A stretch of DNA of 64,000 nt, from positions 12,129,796 to 12,193,795 of the forward strand of contig CM082592.2 in NCBI GenBank assembly GCA_040954595.2, given 5' to 3'. This DNA comes from Balanoglossus misakiensis. Lineage: Eukaryota; Animalia; Hemichordata. A program made the translations under genes and the position numbers. This document shows, piece after piece, positions 37,871 through 51,601 of this stretch; position 1 is the stretch's first letter, and each line of letters begins with the position of its first letter. The notes beneath the pieces were generated by a model. The model worked only from the letters and a program-made list of their open reading frames with translations. It was not told the origin of the DNA and did not search any database.

Positions 37871-40800
37871 TTAGTAATTTCCAACATCATCCAGTGATGG
37901 ATATAGTCTCTGTCTAGTGTTTTGTTGGTCTGGGTTTGGTGTTGTTGTTGTTGTTGTTGACATAGAAGATGAAGAGGATACAGACATAGGTGAAGACACT
38001 GACGTACTACATCCGGCCATGATTGGTGTATTTGCATTGATAGCACCTGGAAATCTTTGGTGATAACGATCCAATCGCAAGTACTTCACAGTTACCAGTT
38101 TTCCTGTTGATAACAGATCAATTTTAATAACAAATAAAATTCATGTAGACTGAAAGATTTCAGTTCTGTTACAAAATACACAGCAAGTCATGAGAGACCT
38201 GATCATAACCGATGAATTGTGAAGAAATTTAAGGACATTAGCATAGCATTGACAGTACTTACCATCAAACCAACATCCATGCAAGGATTTAAATGCTTTG
38301 CCTGCTGATTCTGGTGAGCTGCACTTCATGTATACACACCCCTATCACATAAGACAGGAAAAAGGAAAAAGAATGAATGAATGGACAGACAAATGAACAA
38401 ATCCAAAATCATGTACAGCGAATCAACAGTACCAGCCTTGGTTCGTTTTACAGCACAAGCCGCAGCAGCAAATATAAGTCATCTACTACTTTACCTCTTT
38501 AGAAGTCTTGTCAACAGCAATGTGTACAATGCCATCATTATCAAAACATTTCTCGAGGATTGCGTCTTGGATTCCAACATGCCACACATCACCATGTTCT
38601 CTGTAAACATACAATTAAGAATTAACCTGTGACCAAAATCAGGTTTATTCGCAGTGCAGGATTCTTCAGAATATGCCGAGAGATACAACACTGTGAATCC
38701 ACCTTTACATTCAAAACCATCCATTAGTACCCTACCACAGTTGAAATCAGCTCCGGTCCATAGCATTGGATCTTCAGAACTCTAAATCTATATTGGCTCT
38801 CAAAATTAATCTTATAACTAAAAGTATACTTACAAAGCTGGATCAAACATGTTTCTAATCTTGAGACATGGTGTGGGGCTGTATGCTGGAGTTTTCACTG
38901 CTGTTTCCAGATTTTCAAATGCTACAAAAACAAGACAGAAATTATAAATAAATAAAAATATCAGGCTTCATTTACTTGACAACATTTGTCACTGGACAAA
39001 GACTTATTAGTTTGAATATATTATAACACATTCGTTGTAGAACTTACCTTGTCCCTGCCATTGTTTTCTGTGCGGAAATTCATCCTGTAAATAAGCAGCC
39101 GATTTTGACATAATAAGTTATGAATTTCCAGAAGGAAATATTACTGTTGTAACAAAATGGCTGCTCAGCAGCCATATTGGATCACAAATGCCACACATGA
39201 AGTAAACATGAACAATACAAATCATTGAACATTGCCCTTCGTTTGGGGTTTGGTGGAATCGGTTCAGGCCTCACTTGTGTCGCAAGGTAGAAATCATGCA
39301 GCAGTAATCCGTATGACTGAACTGAATCTTTCAGCTTATAATATTTACATGCATAACTTGGATCCATCTCCAGACGGCAAAATCTTCTCCTGATATGCAC
39401 TGACTTTCAACTCTTACACGGGATTCACTGGATTCTAGAAACTTGACTGCCTTCTCCCAAAGTCGCTGAAGCTTCTTTCTGCAAAATACATACAGTCTGA
39501 ATTAGGAGCAGCATATGGGTCAAATTAGAATTGAATTGTGAATAGCAAGTATAACATTAATCAGACAATACATGGTTGGATCAAGTATTACAGAGTTATG
39601 TATTTATTGTTACCTTTCAGCTGGTGGTAAGAGCATATCCCTGACATGTGGTATGGCTAGGTATGGCGGTAAATCTTTATCATGCTTGCAGGCATCATGG
39701 TGTGTCTTTAAGACATCTGAGTAGGAGTGAAGCATGATGTATATACTGAGCATATAACACAATGGTAATTGTGACATTTGATAAGGAACACTGCATCACT
39801 GTACTGCATACAGTAAGTGTGAGCAAAGATCAGATTGTCATTGCTGTCTGCACGACTTAACATATTCTGCTCTGTTAAGAGGTACAATCACTTACCTATA
39901 ATTTTTTCTACCATTTCATACACCTCCCTTTGTTCCTCCTCTTCCCGTTTCCATCGATACTTCACATACATACATATCCCATATGTTATCAATAACACTG
40001 GAAATACAGTTACCAAAAACAAACTTAGCATACAAAAGATTTTTCATTGCTTTTGCCAAAATTGTATTTACTACATCTGCAAGATACAGATATACAGATT
40101 TACCAGCCATATCCGTAACACATTGTTATCATTCATTCACAAATCACCATCAGTATTACCACTTCAACTATGATGTCATTCATTCACCCATCAGCCATCA
40201 ATCCTCACACTTGAATCTGAGTCATTCATAAAAGCACCAATATTATCAGAAACACTTTGCTATCATTCATACACTTACCAGCCATGACTGACAACACTTT
40301 CATGAACACAGCCATAAAAGATATAACAATTCGACAAAACATCGACATGTGTGGGTGCATAGAAATTAACCATTTCACTGCATCTGCAGAGGTTGCTGTT
40401 GACCCATCAGTGTCATACAAGCTAAAAATAAAAAATAAAAAAAGTTTACTGATTTGGTTGTAGGAAATTTTAACTTGTGGACATTGACCCACCAGACACT
40501 TAGCCTAGCTCATCTGAACCTAAATCCGAACTGGTGGATGGTTGAGAACTGTCAGTGTGGTAACTGTCCAGATGGTTGTAGTACATTTGTGTACAAGAGT
40601 TGTAACAGTACTTGGCAAGAAACCTTGCTGACACCTATCCATATAGAAATATTGATATGTTTCAGCCAAACAGTAGCAAACTTGTATCACTTTTATACAA
40701 GGGTAAATGTATGTGACATGTACCAAAAGAATCATAGCTGTAATATGCTAGATATCATAAACTCGAAAATTTGTACGGTCACTATACAACGCTAACTAAG

Positions 40801-43603
40801 TATCCCAATGGACTACATACAAGAAATGTACATTACCGGAGAGGAACACCATAGAACAACTGTAACAATGTCTACTTACACAATACCCCAGTCAGGGTTT
40901 TCAATGATCATATCCAATGCAGTTTTTAACACTTCTTTCACATTTGCTTGTAATGGCTTTTCTGTTGTTTGTGATGCCTGTAGATGCAAAACAAGTGGAA
41001 ACCATGTGTTCTTGACATGAATTTGATATATTTCATTTTTAGGGTTCAAAGTAAAAACACTGAATATTGATAAGATTCACACTATAAACCAATTCACCCC
41101 CATTTCAAAGTATCAAGGTCCAAGCACTGCAGTTGAGAACAATGGAGTTGGACCAAACCATGGCAGTGAGCAGGTTAACTGTGGTAAAAGTTGTGATACT
41201 CACAATTGTCTGTGATGTTAGGGATCTAGCACCACCAATGGACATGTTATTACTCGACACTGTGTTTGAATTGCATTCATAGTCACCTGAAAAAAAAGAT
41301 ATAATAACCAGTAAGCATTTGTCAGCAACATCTGAGTTGCAATGAGCAACCAGATAAATATGACTATGATCTCCACTTGAATTGTGTGAGATGGATAAAG
41401 CTATATGAGAAGTGTTGACAAACACCACCACCGAGGGCGCACTACATAATTCAAAATGAAATCAATTGGGCTTTCACTGCTTCACAATGGACAAAATAAA
41501 ATTATGTGATAATAATGCATCTGATCATGGACATACTTGTTTTGAGAATGACTGGAAAACCAAAAAGCCTTATACATACCTGCAATTGAGCACAGCTCGT
41601 CATAGAGAGAGTGTACAACTTTAAGTGCTAACTTCCGATTGCTGTCACTACTGCATTCCGCCTAGAAACAAATATGATCCAGTGAATTACAATTGTTATA
41701 TTGCTTTTAAATCAAAGGTACCCATCAGTGATACATATATATGTTTAAAAGTCTATGACATTCTATCATCAATCTTGGTCTTTTTAAGACTCATTTGAAT
41801 TTTGTGGCAAGGAACAGCATCATAGCAGTGAGTCTAAAATAAAATATTTCCCTAGGGAAAAGTCGCATCAGCCATTACCCGGTCACGTGACTTATGTGAG
41901 TTTATATCAGGATATGGGCATGAGTAGTGATAAAGAACTCATCTTGCCTGGTCTATTTTCAAGCTTTAGCACCTATTTATTACCCCTGTCTGTGAGTTAT
42001 CAGCATTGCATGTCATTTCCTTTGGTCTGTGGCCTCAGGAAATAGCATGCTATTCTGGAAACTCACAGGCTCCCGGGGGTTAGAAATGGGGGCTGCAGCC
42101 CTCATGGCCAGGCAATGTGGACATGTAGATAAATAAATCGTTTTACCCTGGAGTCTTGAGATTGGCTAGAGCATAGCATCAGTGGGTCTGAAAAAAACCA
42201 CAAAAAAGTATAAAACAATTATAATGTACATGTAATGGCTACATTATTAAATGAAAGAAAATCAATAATATGAGATTCATTAGATTACTCACCTTGAATG
42301 TGTGTATCATCCTGAGTGCCAACAGTCAGGTATACAATTCCCAATGTTAGGAAAAACACCATAGCTACAACCACTAATCCAACAGATATGAAATTGGCAT
42401 ATTTACTTCCCAATGTACCAGTTGTATCTTCACTTGTTGCAAATTCGTGCTGCAAGACATCCTCATTATCATCATGATATTTATTATCAACATGGTTCAC
42501 TGCAGATGACAAGGCACTTGAATTGCTAGCTATTGGTGTATCACCTGTCTTTGATAAGTCTTTTGTTTTTACTTGTTGCTTTTCTTCACTTTTAAATGTA
42601 CTGTCCAATGTGAAAGTGTCTGAATGTCTGGATCTGCTCCATTTGATAGGAGTACTGGTTTTAGGCGTGGCACCTTTAGATTTGCTGATAGGTGGTCTTC
42701 TGTAAGACCTGTTCATTGATGTGTCAGGACTGGAGTTCCATGACGTATTGGTTCCAATGTTTGCAGTGTCCACTTCATCCTCTTCATTACTCTCATCTGT
42801 ATCAGAAAATCTGCACAGAATAAAAAAACAACAACAATCAGTATTTACGATCTAAAGCTGGTTTTGTCTGATCCACAAACCAACAGGCAAAACTCCTGTG
42901 TCACCGGGAAGATGTTTCCAAAATGAGTGAGTGGCTATATCCGTGTGTAATGTACAAGGATCCTCCAATGATCTGAATGTACATTTCGTCGCCCTTCGTA
43001 ACACGGATATAATCGCACGACACAGCGTCAGCACATTGCACTTTTTGCAGAAATATGTCTTTACATTAAAGGTCATAAGCTTTTTTGATGTGACCTACAC
43101 GTGATGAGCGCTAATAGTAATGCAGCAATAGTATAAACCAAAAAACTGTTTACAGTTGCTTACCTGTCCCCAATGGCAGGCGGAGACGGCGGTTTGGGTC
43201 TACTGATGATCACGGGCACTACATTTCGTTTTGATGATGTGGATGACGTACTAGCTCCGTCTCCACTACCAGCTGACACTTTAGACCGTGTGTTACTTTT
43301 AGCGGCAGAAGTTCTTCTACCAACCCTTAGTTTTGTTTTGTTTCCCGTTTCTGAATCACTTTCGTCTGAACTGAAGAACTTCCCACTTTTTCTTCCCCTT
43401 GCTGCCGTCGACTTTTGCTGGCGCTCTTTTCGTTCAGCGGCCCGGAAATGGTTCAGTTTCTTTGTATAAATCGCCCTGGTAGTGTCGGTGATAGGACCAA
43501 CGGACATACCGTATTTTTTTAACTCTTCCCTCAACTCTTCGTCATTCGATTTGTTGTCTACCAATGCAGCTGCTGCTGAACGACCTCGTTTCCTCGCCGC
43601 CAT
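37871..43603 (-). CDS. LEMD3: Inner nuclear membrane protein MAN1 (LEM domain, 2 TM, winged-helix/MSC, UHM/RRM)
   Basis: Exons 43164-43603, 42293-42810, 42147-42187, 41580-41661, 41204-41286, 40880-40977, 40279-40421, 39896-39997, 39614-39716, 39349-39478, 39048-39084, 38834-38921, 38495-38600, 38263-38341, 37871-38103. Motifs: [24 protein letters not shown]; [20 protein letters not shown]; PHVRDML; ESRVRVE...GEDF.VWRW; WQGQAF; [11 protein letters not shown]; GCVYMKC; [25 protein letters not shown]. Confidence 0.96.
41085..41178. mobile_element. Decayed second copy of the piggyBac-type MITE
   Basis: Shares ttcacccc, aacaatgg..ttggaccaaaccatgg and ggttaa with 37503-37595. Confidence 0.7.
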
Positions 43604-44532
43604 CTTGGATTTGAAAACAAGCTGCTGAAAATGCCCGGATGACGGACCAACCGAGGGGGAATCCTCGGTTTGGACGAATCCATTTAATCGTTTGCAGCTA
43701 ACTGGGGTAGCCGAGTGGATAGGAGGGACGGCAAATCACCTGTGACGGCAATCACGGACTTCCCTAAGCTCTCCGACGATCTGACTCGCACATACCTTCA
43801 TCAAAATATAGCTAAACGTATGAAGTATAAACCAATTTATCTAAGTATTGAAAATGATACAAATGGACACACACACGCACACGCAGGCACGCACGCAAAC
43901 AATCAAACCAAGACTTGTAACCATAGACTACTGTCTATGAAGTAACATAGAGAGCTGCCAATAAAGACTGAGCTTACAATAATTAACCCATCGAGTAGGC
44001 GCTTTTGTTTAAAGAGGACATTGCAATCGAAATCCTTATGACGTCATTAGCACGCTATGAATAAAATATAAACCCTGAGTACGTCGACGCATTCAAGTTG
44101 CTGTGACACAGAGAGACGCCATTTCAAACGAACAATACATTTATTGGATATATCTCAATAAGCATACCGACGGTATGGCTTCAAGATATGTGTCTACATG
44201 TCCGGGGCTTGAACTGTAGGATATTTTAATTAACCACGATAATTGGACAGACAACCTGTTTGAAGATAATTCGTGTCTCGAATAAGTCAATTTATACATT
44301 GCTTTAGGGTCAAATGATGGATAACACTAAATGAAAATTCAACGCGGCGGATTCCTTTACTTTGCAAACCTGGGTTTTCGTATCGACCGGTGAGTAGATG
44401 AATGGCTGCGACAATCTGCGCTGATTGTTATCGAAACAAATAGACTGTCGTACACATTGGCAGCTACAACTATGCAAAATTAAGCCAAGAACGACATGAA
44501 AGTGGCGAGGCGGTCTATCAGGTCATCCGAGT

Positions 44533-46594
44533 ATGGTGATATCAAACACAAGGAAGATCGGAGCAGTAACTGACACACAGTCGAACGCAAGCTACCGATT
44601 GGCTCTGCGAGATATTGAAGGTAAAAATAAATGACTCATCCATTTTCCTCATAGAACATGTCTTTTTATGTCCACCAATATTCTGTTTCGACGTTTTCGG
44701 TGCATTTTTCTATCTCTACTGAAATCAAGCCATCCCTGTTTAATAGTATAGATGCATTTGCCTTTCTCTTGTGACACGGCACACGCGTGGTACGATGTTT
44801 AATTTGCTCTTACCGGTCACTGAGAAACAAATGCAATAGCGTTTCTGATGTCAAGGTACAGTCGTTATATTCAAGGTCATGTGATCGATGATTCGTGTGG
44901 TTGACTATTTTACAGAACACCCGACCCCACCAACCAATATCACAACATATTATTCCTCCTAATCATGAAATATTAGGGGCACTTTAACGAACCGACGTCG
45001 GGACGGGCACACTCGTTTCAACAACGTCGACGTCATGGAGATGATATGAAACTTGTTTCAAAACACTTTGTCATTCTTCTCTTTAATAGTCAGCGTGTGT
45101 TAATCTTAGTGGAGATATTAAAAATGAATTATTTCACAGCTTTGAGAGAAAAAGTTAATATTTTGAATTGGTTGCCAATTTAGTGATATCGCGATGGAGT
45201 TGTATCGGTAAAAGGGACATTAATTTTAAATTATTAAAAATACATGTACTCACGATTATCGACGCGCAGTTAATTCAATTTGAAACAGTTATGGTTTTAA
45301 TGTCTGCTTGATTTCATTTAATGCAGTTTGAAAGAGTGCCGCATGGATGTTATTTGATAAAGAAAACGGCTGGTAAAAGACTGTATTAGTTATTCTCCAT
45401 TCACAACATGTTACACGATTTCTTCTTTAATTACAGATGCTCGATTTTGCTGGGGATTGTGTTGCGCTCCAGGATTGGTTACGGGCATAATTGTATGCAT
45501 CTATTTCGTTATATTCTTACCAACAGGTGTGTATATAAAATTATATGTTGATTATGAATGACATGGATATTTTCGGTTTTGCATGTAACTGCATTGTATT
45601 CGTTTTGCCCTTGTATCTATTACCTGTAATTTGTTTCCCTTCGGACTGTGAGTGCGCTTTAAAAATGACATTTACATTAATGCCGCCAAGAACACATATG
45701 GACCTGTTGTGGGGCCCCACGAGTCCGTCAAGGTATCCACCTTGTCTGGCTAATGATGTAGCACATTAAGAAGCTCCCATGTGGCTAGTATAATTGAAGG
45801 TTCATCGCGTTGCTAAGCGACGCCCTTTTTGTCACGGGTCGACATGTTTCTCAGAACTGACATCCGAGTCGCTTTAATTGGAGAAGTGGTGTACAATAAA
45901 AATGTCTTTCCCGAGGCATTAGTGAAATTATATTACTCTCACAGTTTACAATCCTTGCGGAGCATGTAGTGTTTCGTACTACAGTCAACTTGCATCCATC
46001 GCAGTTTGCATCCAGCGGAGTCAAATTAGTTCACAATTCATGGGCAAAACCGCTACAACTGAAATTCCACACATCATCTTGAATATCCTTCCACACCAGG
46101 TGTGGAGAATGACGAACATATATAGAGCGTGAACGACTTAATTCGCCACACCGGAAAATCGAGTATTTTCTTACTAAAAACTTTTAGTACATAATTCGTT
46201 GGTATTTTATATCTGCCCGTCATAGTTTTTCAACTGCACAATCGCTTGTGTAGAAACATATTCAATAACCGACAAAATAACTGGGTTAGGCCAACAGCAA
46301 AATAGTTGCCTGCTGTCAGATGAACAGTGCGCGCAATATTGAGATATGTGGTTAAGTGTTTTTTTTGTGTGTTTCTTCTTGGCTATAGGTCTTTTTCTTA
46401 CAATGGTAGGCGGACAGAACAAATCACAATTGATACCAGTCGGTGTAGTCATCATCGTGGCACCAATAATCGGACTTCTGATATTCTTGTCAACGAAAAG
46501 ATATCGAAACAGACTTAAAAACAAATCGCCGAGGGACAGGTCAACGAGTATCGTACACATCACAAAACAGGATTCTGTCGACATGGCGACTTAG
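44533..46594 (+). pseudogene. Putative small membrane-protein gene (TM, Cys-rich loop, 2 TM) with an in-frame TGA at 46340-46342
   Basis: Phase-compatible candidate exons 44533-44620, 45437-45526 (FCWGLCCAPGLVTGIIVCIYFVIFLP), 45945-46099, 46226-46594 (...EQCAQY*DMWLSVFFVCFFLAIGLFLTMV...VGVVIIVAPIIGLLIFLSTKRYR). No family recognised; the middle exon boundaries are weak. Confidence 0.35.
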
Positions 46595-48300
46595 AAAGGC
46601 AAAAATCGACCGACGGAGGTAGACAAGGGAACGCGCGCACACAGGGTTGAGCCGAGCATCTGTAGAATGGTGGACTACTTACATCACAGTCCCTTCTTTC
46701 AGGGATTGTGCTTACATCGATCTACTTACAGACGTTGGACAGTGCCATTGCATTCTAGGAGGCATGAGACTATCCTTCATCACAAATTGGTATTGGAGAC
46801 ATTAGTAATGATATGGAATAATGGAACCCGTTAGGGAAAATAGAGTTATGTAGTTTTAAGAGTAGAGATGATTGCTTTTGTAGATAGGGTATCAAGGACC
46901 TAAATACGTGTATTAGTGTGGAAGGATGTTACATTAAAAAAACAACGAGTCCATGATGACCGGACAGTGATACCAAAAGTTGACTGTGATGGAATTGACA
47001 AACACTAGCCTAGATGAGGTTATATGCAGCAAACGTGCATATGATCATGCAACAATTCAAGACATGTTCTAGATAATAAAACATCACATTAACACATTAG
47101 AAACAGTGCCAAAATAATGTATACTGTATATATGTAAAACAAGTGAAAATCATATAGTACTGAGAGCTAGCTGATTGTTAATTTTATGAATAAGTAAATT
47201 TTATACAGAACATGGCCAGTTGTGAATAAAGTAATTATTAGATACCCACGCATATATGTTTGTGGTCATTTATTTAATTGTGTATATTATTTTTCATGTA
47301 AACATCAGCTAGGTATAACATTTATTCATGGATTTTAAAAATCGACCGCGCATAATTCATATTCCTATACACATACGTGAGAAATTGATTTTAATATTTC
47401 AGAATTCTGAGATACACATTACATCATCGATCAATTTGTAGAGAGCTGATCACACTTCGCATTTTTAAGCATGAACGTATCGTCATACAGGCGAGGTATG
47501 AAAGATAATATCATATACTGTGAACGATATAGAAAGACAGACAGATTCATGAAATCTAAGATTGAAGCAACTGTTCGCAGATCGACATCATTCCGTTACA
47601 TGTAAACTGTTAAGATCATTTTGATTTACTAGTAACTTAAAAGGAGCCCGGCCAAAATTAATTATAAAACTAATTCGAGACACTAGGAAAAATAATTCTA
47701 GCATACATAAAATTAATTGCAGCACGTGAAAATAGTTTGAACACAAAATTAATTGAAGAAATTAATGATTAATTCTAGACAACATAAAATTAATTCCAGC
47801 AAAGTCAGCTAAAATAGTAGAAATAATTCGGTCGATGTCTCCAACGGCAATGTTGATTTGCTGGTGTTCTATCTGTTGTCCGTGCATGATAAACCACAGG
47901 CCATATTCCATGCAGATTTTTGCCTGTGCTACAGAGATATACGTGTAGGTGAAATCCACTGTAGCAGTTAAACTTTAACCACTGCGGTGATGAGTCAGCG
48001 CACTTTTTCCAACAATTGATTTAATATTAACAAAATAATGCACAGATCAGCTTGACCCTCGAAAGAAGTGGCTGCCCTTCATTGTTTTATCGAGACACAT
48101 CGCGAAACTTGGGATAATTCCCTTAACAACCGTTGATACTTCTTGTTTGTTCCTCCGCGAATGTCTAAAGTCTCTATCAATTACATACAGGTATCTCCCC
48201 GTGATATCACCACGCAATCTGACATTCAGTACGTATACAGGACAGCTCCGCGACATCGACAGGGACGGTTAGTGTACACCTGCAACTTTAACAAGCGAAT

Positions 48301-48996
48301 ATGAGTGACTGGAAAGCCATTGCCGACAACTGTGCGGCAACTGTTTTGCAGTATTCAGAAGACAACGACTGGACGGTTCATAAAACGACGGTGGGCGATA
48401 TACTTTGATTTTAATTCGAAACGAGTAACACGATCCAATTTTGACGTTCATCCTTACAAAAGCATCCACAGAAGTAATTTCTCTTGTCGACGTCATCCAA
48501 CTACGTCTCCGTGATGAGCAAAAAGTGCTAACTAACGCGGAAAAGTTGAAGCGAATATTACTTTACTCAAATTTACATTATCTTTAGACAGCCATCATAT
48601 CTCTTGCAAAAATATCACGGTGAAACGATCTTTCCACTCGTGACCTTTGACCGTGTAGTGACGTATCCTTCGCATCTGGAAAAAAATCTTTATTTATAAT
48701 TTTGGATTTTTAAACCTTGATTTTTTAATTATATATACAATGCATGCGTCTGCATGATACCTCATCTTCGCATACAACGGTCTCTTTGGGAGAGATCCAT
48801 GCGAGCGGACGGGCGATGATGTTACCTTATCATTTGCGAAGCGCTGGGTCCAACCAAGGGCTCAGAGTTCGACTCGTCAGTTGAGTCGGCCGGATGTTCA
48901 CCCAGAAATGACCCTTTTTTACTTCAGACTTATAAAGCTGTCACATGTATATGTAGTTGCAAACCTTTGGAATTGAACCACCCCCAACAACAACAA

Positions 48997-49060
<64 letters not shown>

Positions 49061-51113
49061 CAAACAATCAAACAAACAAACAAAATCCCCGCGGTTCAAC
49101 CTACAAATACATCATTGTATGTTTCTTTTTTATTCGTTTCTTTATAAATGCATGTATCAAGTTGTAAACAAAATATCCGCCACACGGGTTGTTTCCAAAG
49201 GCCCTTTGCATTGAATTCGCAGGCTGGATCTGGTGTTGAAGGATACGATGACATTTGAGGTTGTTATTCAGGAGTTAAACAAACTAAGGAATGAAATAGC
49301 AGCTTCAATTATTCTTCGAATGATACAGTTTTGATGACCTTTCTTAATTTATTTATAGAACAATGGTCGAGTGTCGTACAAGAAGTCAAGCGACTGGGAC
49401 GGTTACGTGTAAGTGTTTCCCTGTCCGTCACCTGCGTATACAGATACGATGAAAGACTGTCCCGGTTGTTCCTTTTGGCAAATTGTGTATGCTTTTTCTG
49501 TGTTTTAACTACAGTTTCTTGTTCTACTGCCTATAGCATGCTAAACTAACCAGCATCCCAGCATGCTTACGAACATATACCTTGATAGAAGGGAAAGGGA
49601 AGGGGCTGTTAAAAGTGACGTGTCACTCCGAAGCATACAAGTTCAACATGGTGGTCCCAAGAAATAACAATTTTATTAGAGGCGGTAAAAATAGAAATTT
49701 TGTAGATTATCCAGATTTTCAGAAACTGGACTATTACTGTACGTACAATTAAATTTATTTCCAGGGCATATAAATGACGACAATAGTTACCATATGTAAT
49801 GCTAATAATGCTTGCATTCATATGTTAATTTTAATGTTTGACAGGTATCGGTGTGACTTCCAAGTAGATGCTTCTCAAGACAACACAGTGGAACTGATCA
49901 CAAATATAAAGAAACATTTAAAATGGAACAAAAATATGAAAGAAATTTATATATTATCGACATTAAGCCAGGTAAGTTGCATACTTTAAACAAAAACATT
50001 ATCTGATACTTACTTACGCCACAAGTAAATTGCTAATGAAGCTTTGTTTGTAGACTCATTTCCATGAGTTAACACGTGACATAACAACCATTCAAGTTGA
50101 CATGCCGCCATTACAAACATTGACTAGGCTATACAGAATACTAGTATATAATGAATGTCTCCCTAAACTTTTCTTTTTAACAGGAGATACAAATTCGACA
50201 CTCGGTTTCGCCGTCAGCTCTATTGGGCCTGATTTCGCCAAGAGACTTCTGTACTGTAATTGGTACTGCTAGATATCCCGACAAAAATATATCGATGGTG
50301 TACTGTAAGTTGTATTGTGTTGTAGGCGTGTTCATATTTGTTTTTCGTGACTTACTTAAATAAAGGATAAATGCAAACAAGCAAACACACATTCTATCTG
50401 TCAATAAATCAGCTCAGACCAAATACTCGAATGGTATCTGCACAATATTTTGTAGTCGAAAGCGAATGCGAGACAAGAAGACCATTCCAACTGGTATAAC
50501 AGCGTAAATAGCATCACCTGCCTTCACCTGCGGTAATTGGGAAAATGAAACTGATTCAATATTGGTGTTCTGTTCTCTATTTCCAGATGAGAGCATAGAG
50601 TACGACCAATGCCCAGAGACCAGTAAATATGTAAGAGGCCATAATTACCCTTCCGGGACCATTATTCGTCCAGCAGATGAGTAAGTACGGGTGGTAATTT
50701 GTTTCATGTAAGTGAGTGTCCGCATAGATGAAGTAAGAAAATGTTGGCTTATTGAGTTGATTTTGACGAGGGTTTCAAAACTTAATAAAGACCCGTTTTG
50801 CATCAACTTCAAAGTAGCATTTTGGGGAAAATTTCCATTGAAATGGTCGCAACAATTCATGCCAAATTCGATTGCTCCCCTCCCTTAAATCGAATGGGTT
50901 AACCCTGGTGAGCATATGGGCCACATCAATCCTGTATAACACGCATGCATTTTATTTCCCAACAGAAATCCTGACAAGTCAACGATTGTAAACATCGTGC
51001 AGTTTGATGCAAAATTAAGACCGCGATCCCTGGCGGAGAAAGTATATCCCTCAGTATTGCTGGAATATTCTATGTATCTCCAGGAAGGAGCTATGACACT
51101 GGCCGAGCAGTGA
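48301..51113 (+). CDS. STARD5: START-domain lipid/sterol transfer protein, STARD4/5/6 subfamily
   Basis: Exons 48301-48390, 49359-49408, 49845-49971, 50184-50304, 50587-50680, 50966-51113, all phase compatible. Motifs: VSYKKS.DWDGYVYR, LKWNKNMKE, SALLGLISPRDF, SIEYDQCP...YVRGHNYPSG. Most exons are too short for the ORF track. Exact orthologue uncertain. Confidence 0.85.
49001..49056. repeat. (CA)28 microsatellite flanked by (CAA)n and (CAAA)n
   Basis: Read directly; lies in intron 1 of the START gene. Confidence 0.97.
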
Positions 51114-51601
51114 CCAAATCTCAATTATTCGCATGGTTATTGACCATCTGCATACGGTAACACTATGTCCAACACACTCCCCCTCTAGTTGCGGCCAATG
51201 AACGCGGCTTCTCTGTAGGTTTTTAAAAGCATGGAAAATGAAAACATTTCTTGTTATAACTCGTGTGTCAAACATAAACAAATAATCTGTTGAATCACAT
51301 AGTCTGTGGCCTCCATAAATTATCGCGCTGATAATGATGGTTGGCCAAATAATGTCACGGATTCACTTCCACCAACGTGGAGAAAACTATTTTCATTTTG
51401 TTTATTATTTCGTCGAAAGTTTGCGTCACTTTCTGACTAGTCTTTCTGTGTTTTAAGGAAAACGTTTGATATAAGCGAAATTGACTCCTGTTCCAATAAA
51501 CTTAATAAGTTGGCACTGAGATGGGTACGTGTTGTGCATCTGTAGGTTAATTCAGTGTTGAACAATCTACAATTTCCGTATAACTGTAAGTCTGGTCAAC
51601 T

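Noticed and set aside
39182-39400. Pro-rich candidate micro-exon in LEMD3 ([13 protein letters not shown])
   Set aside because: The flanking exons join in phase 0, where this segment begins with TGA, and it has no GT donor.
48840-48900. tRNA-like B boxes (gttcgactc here; ggttcgagtc at ~53991)
   Set aside because: No cloverleaf or matching A box; at most decayed SINE fragments.
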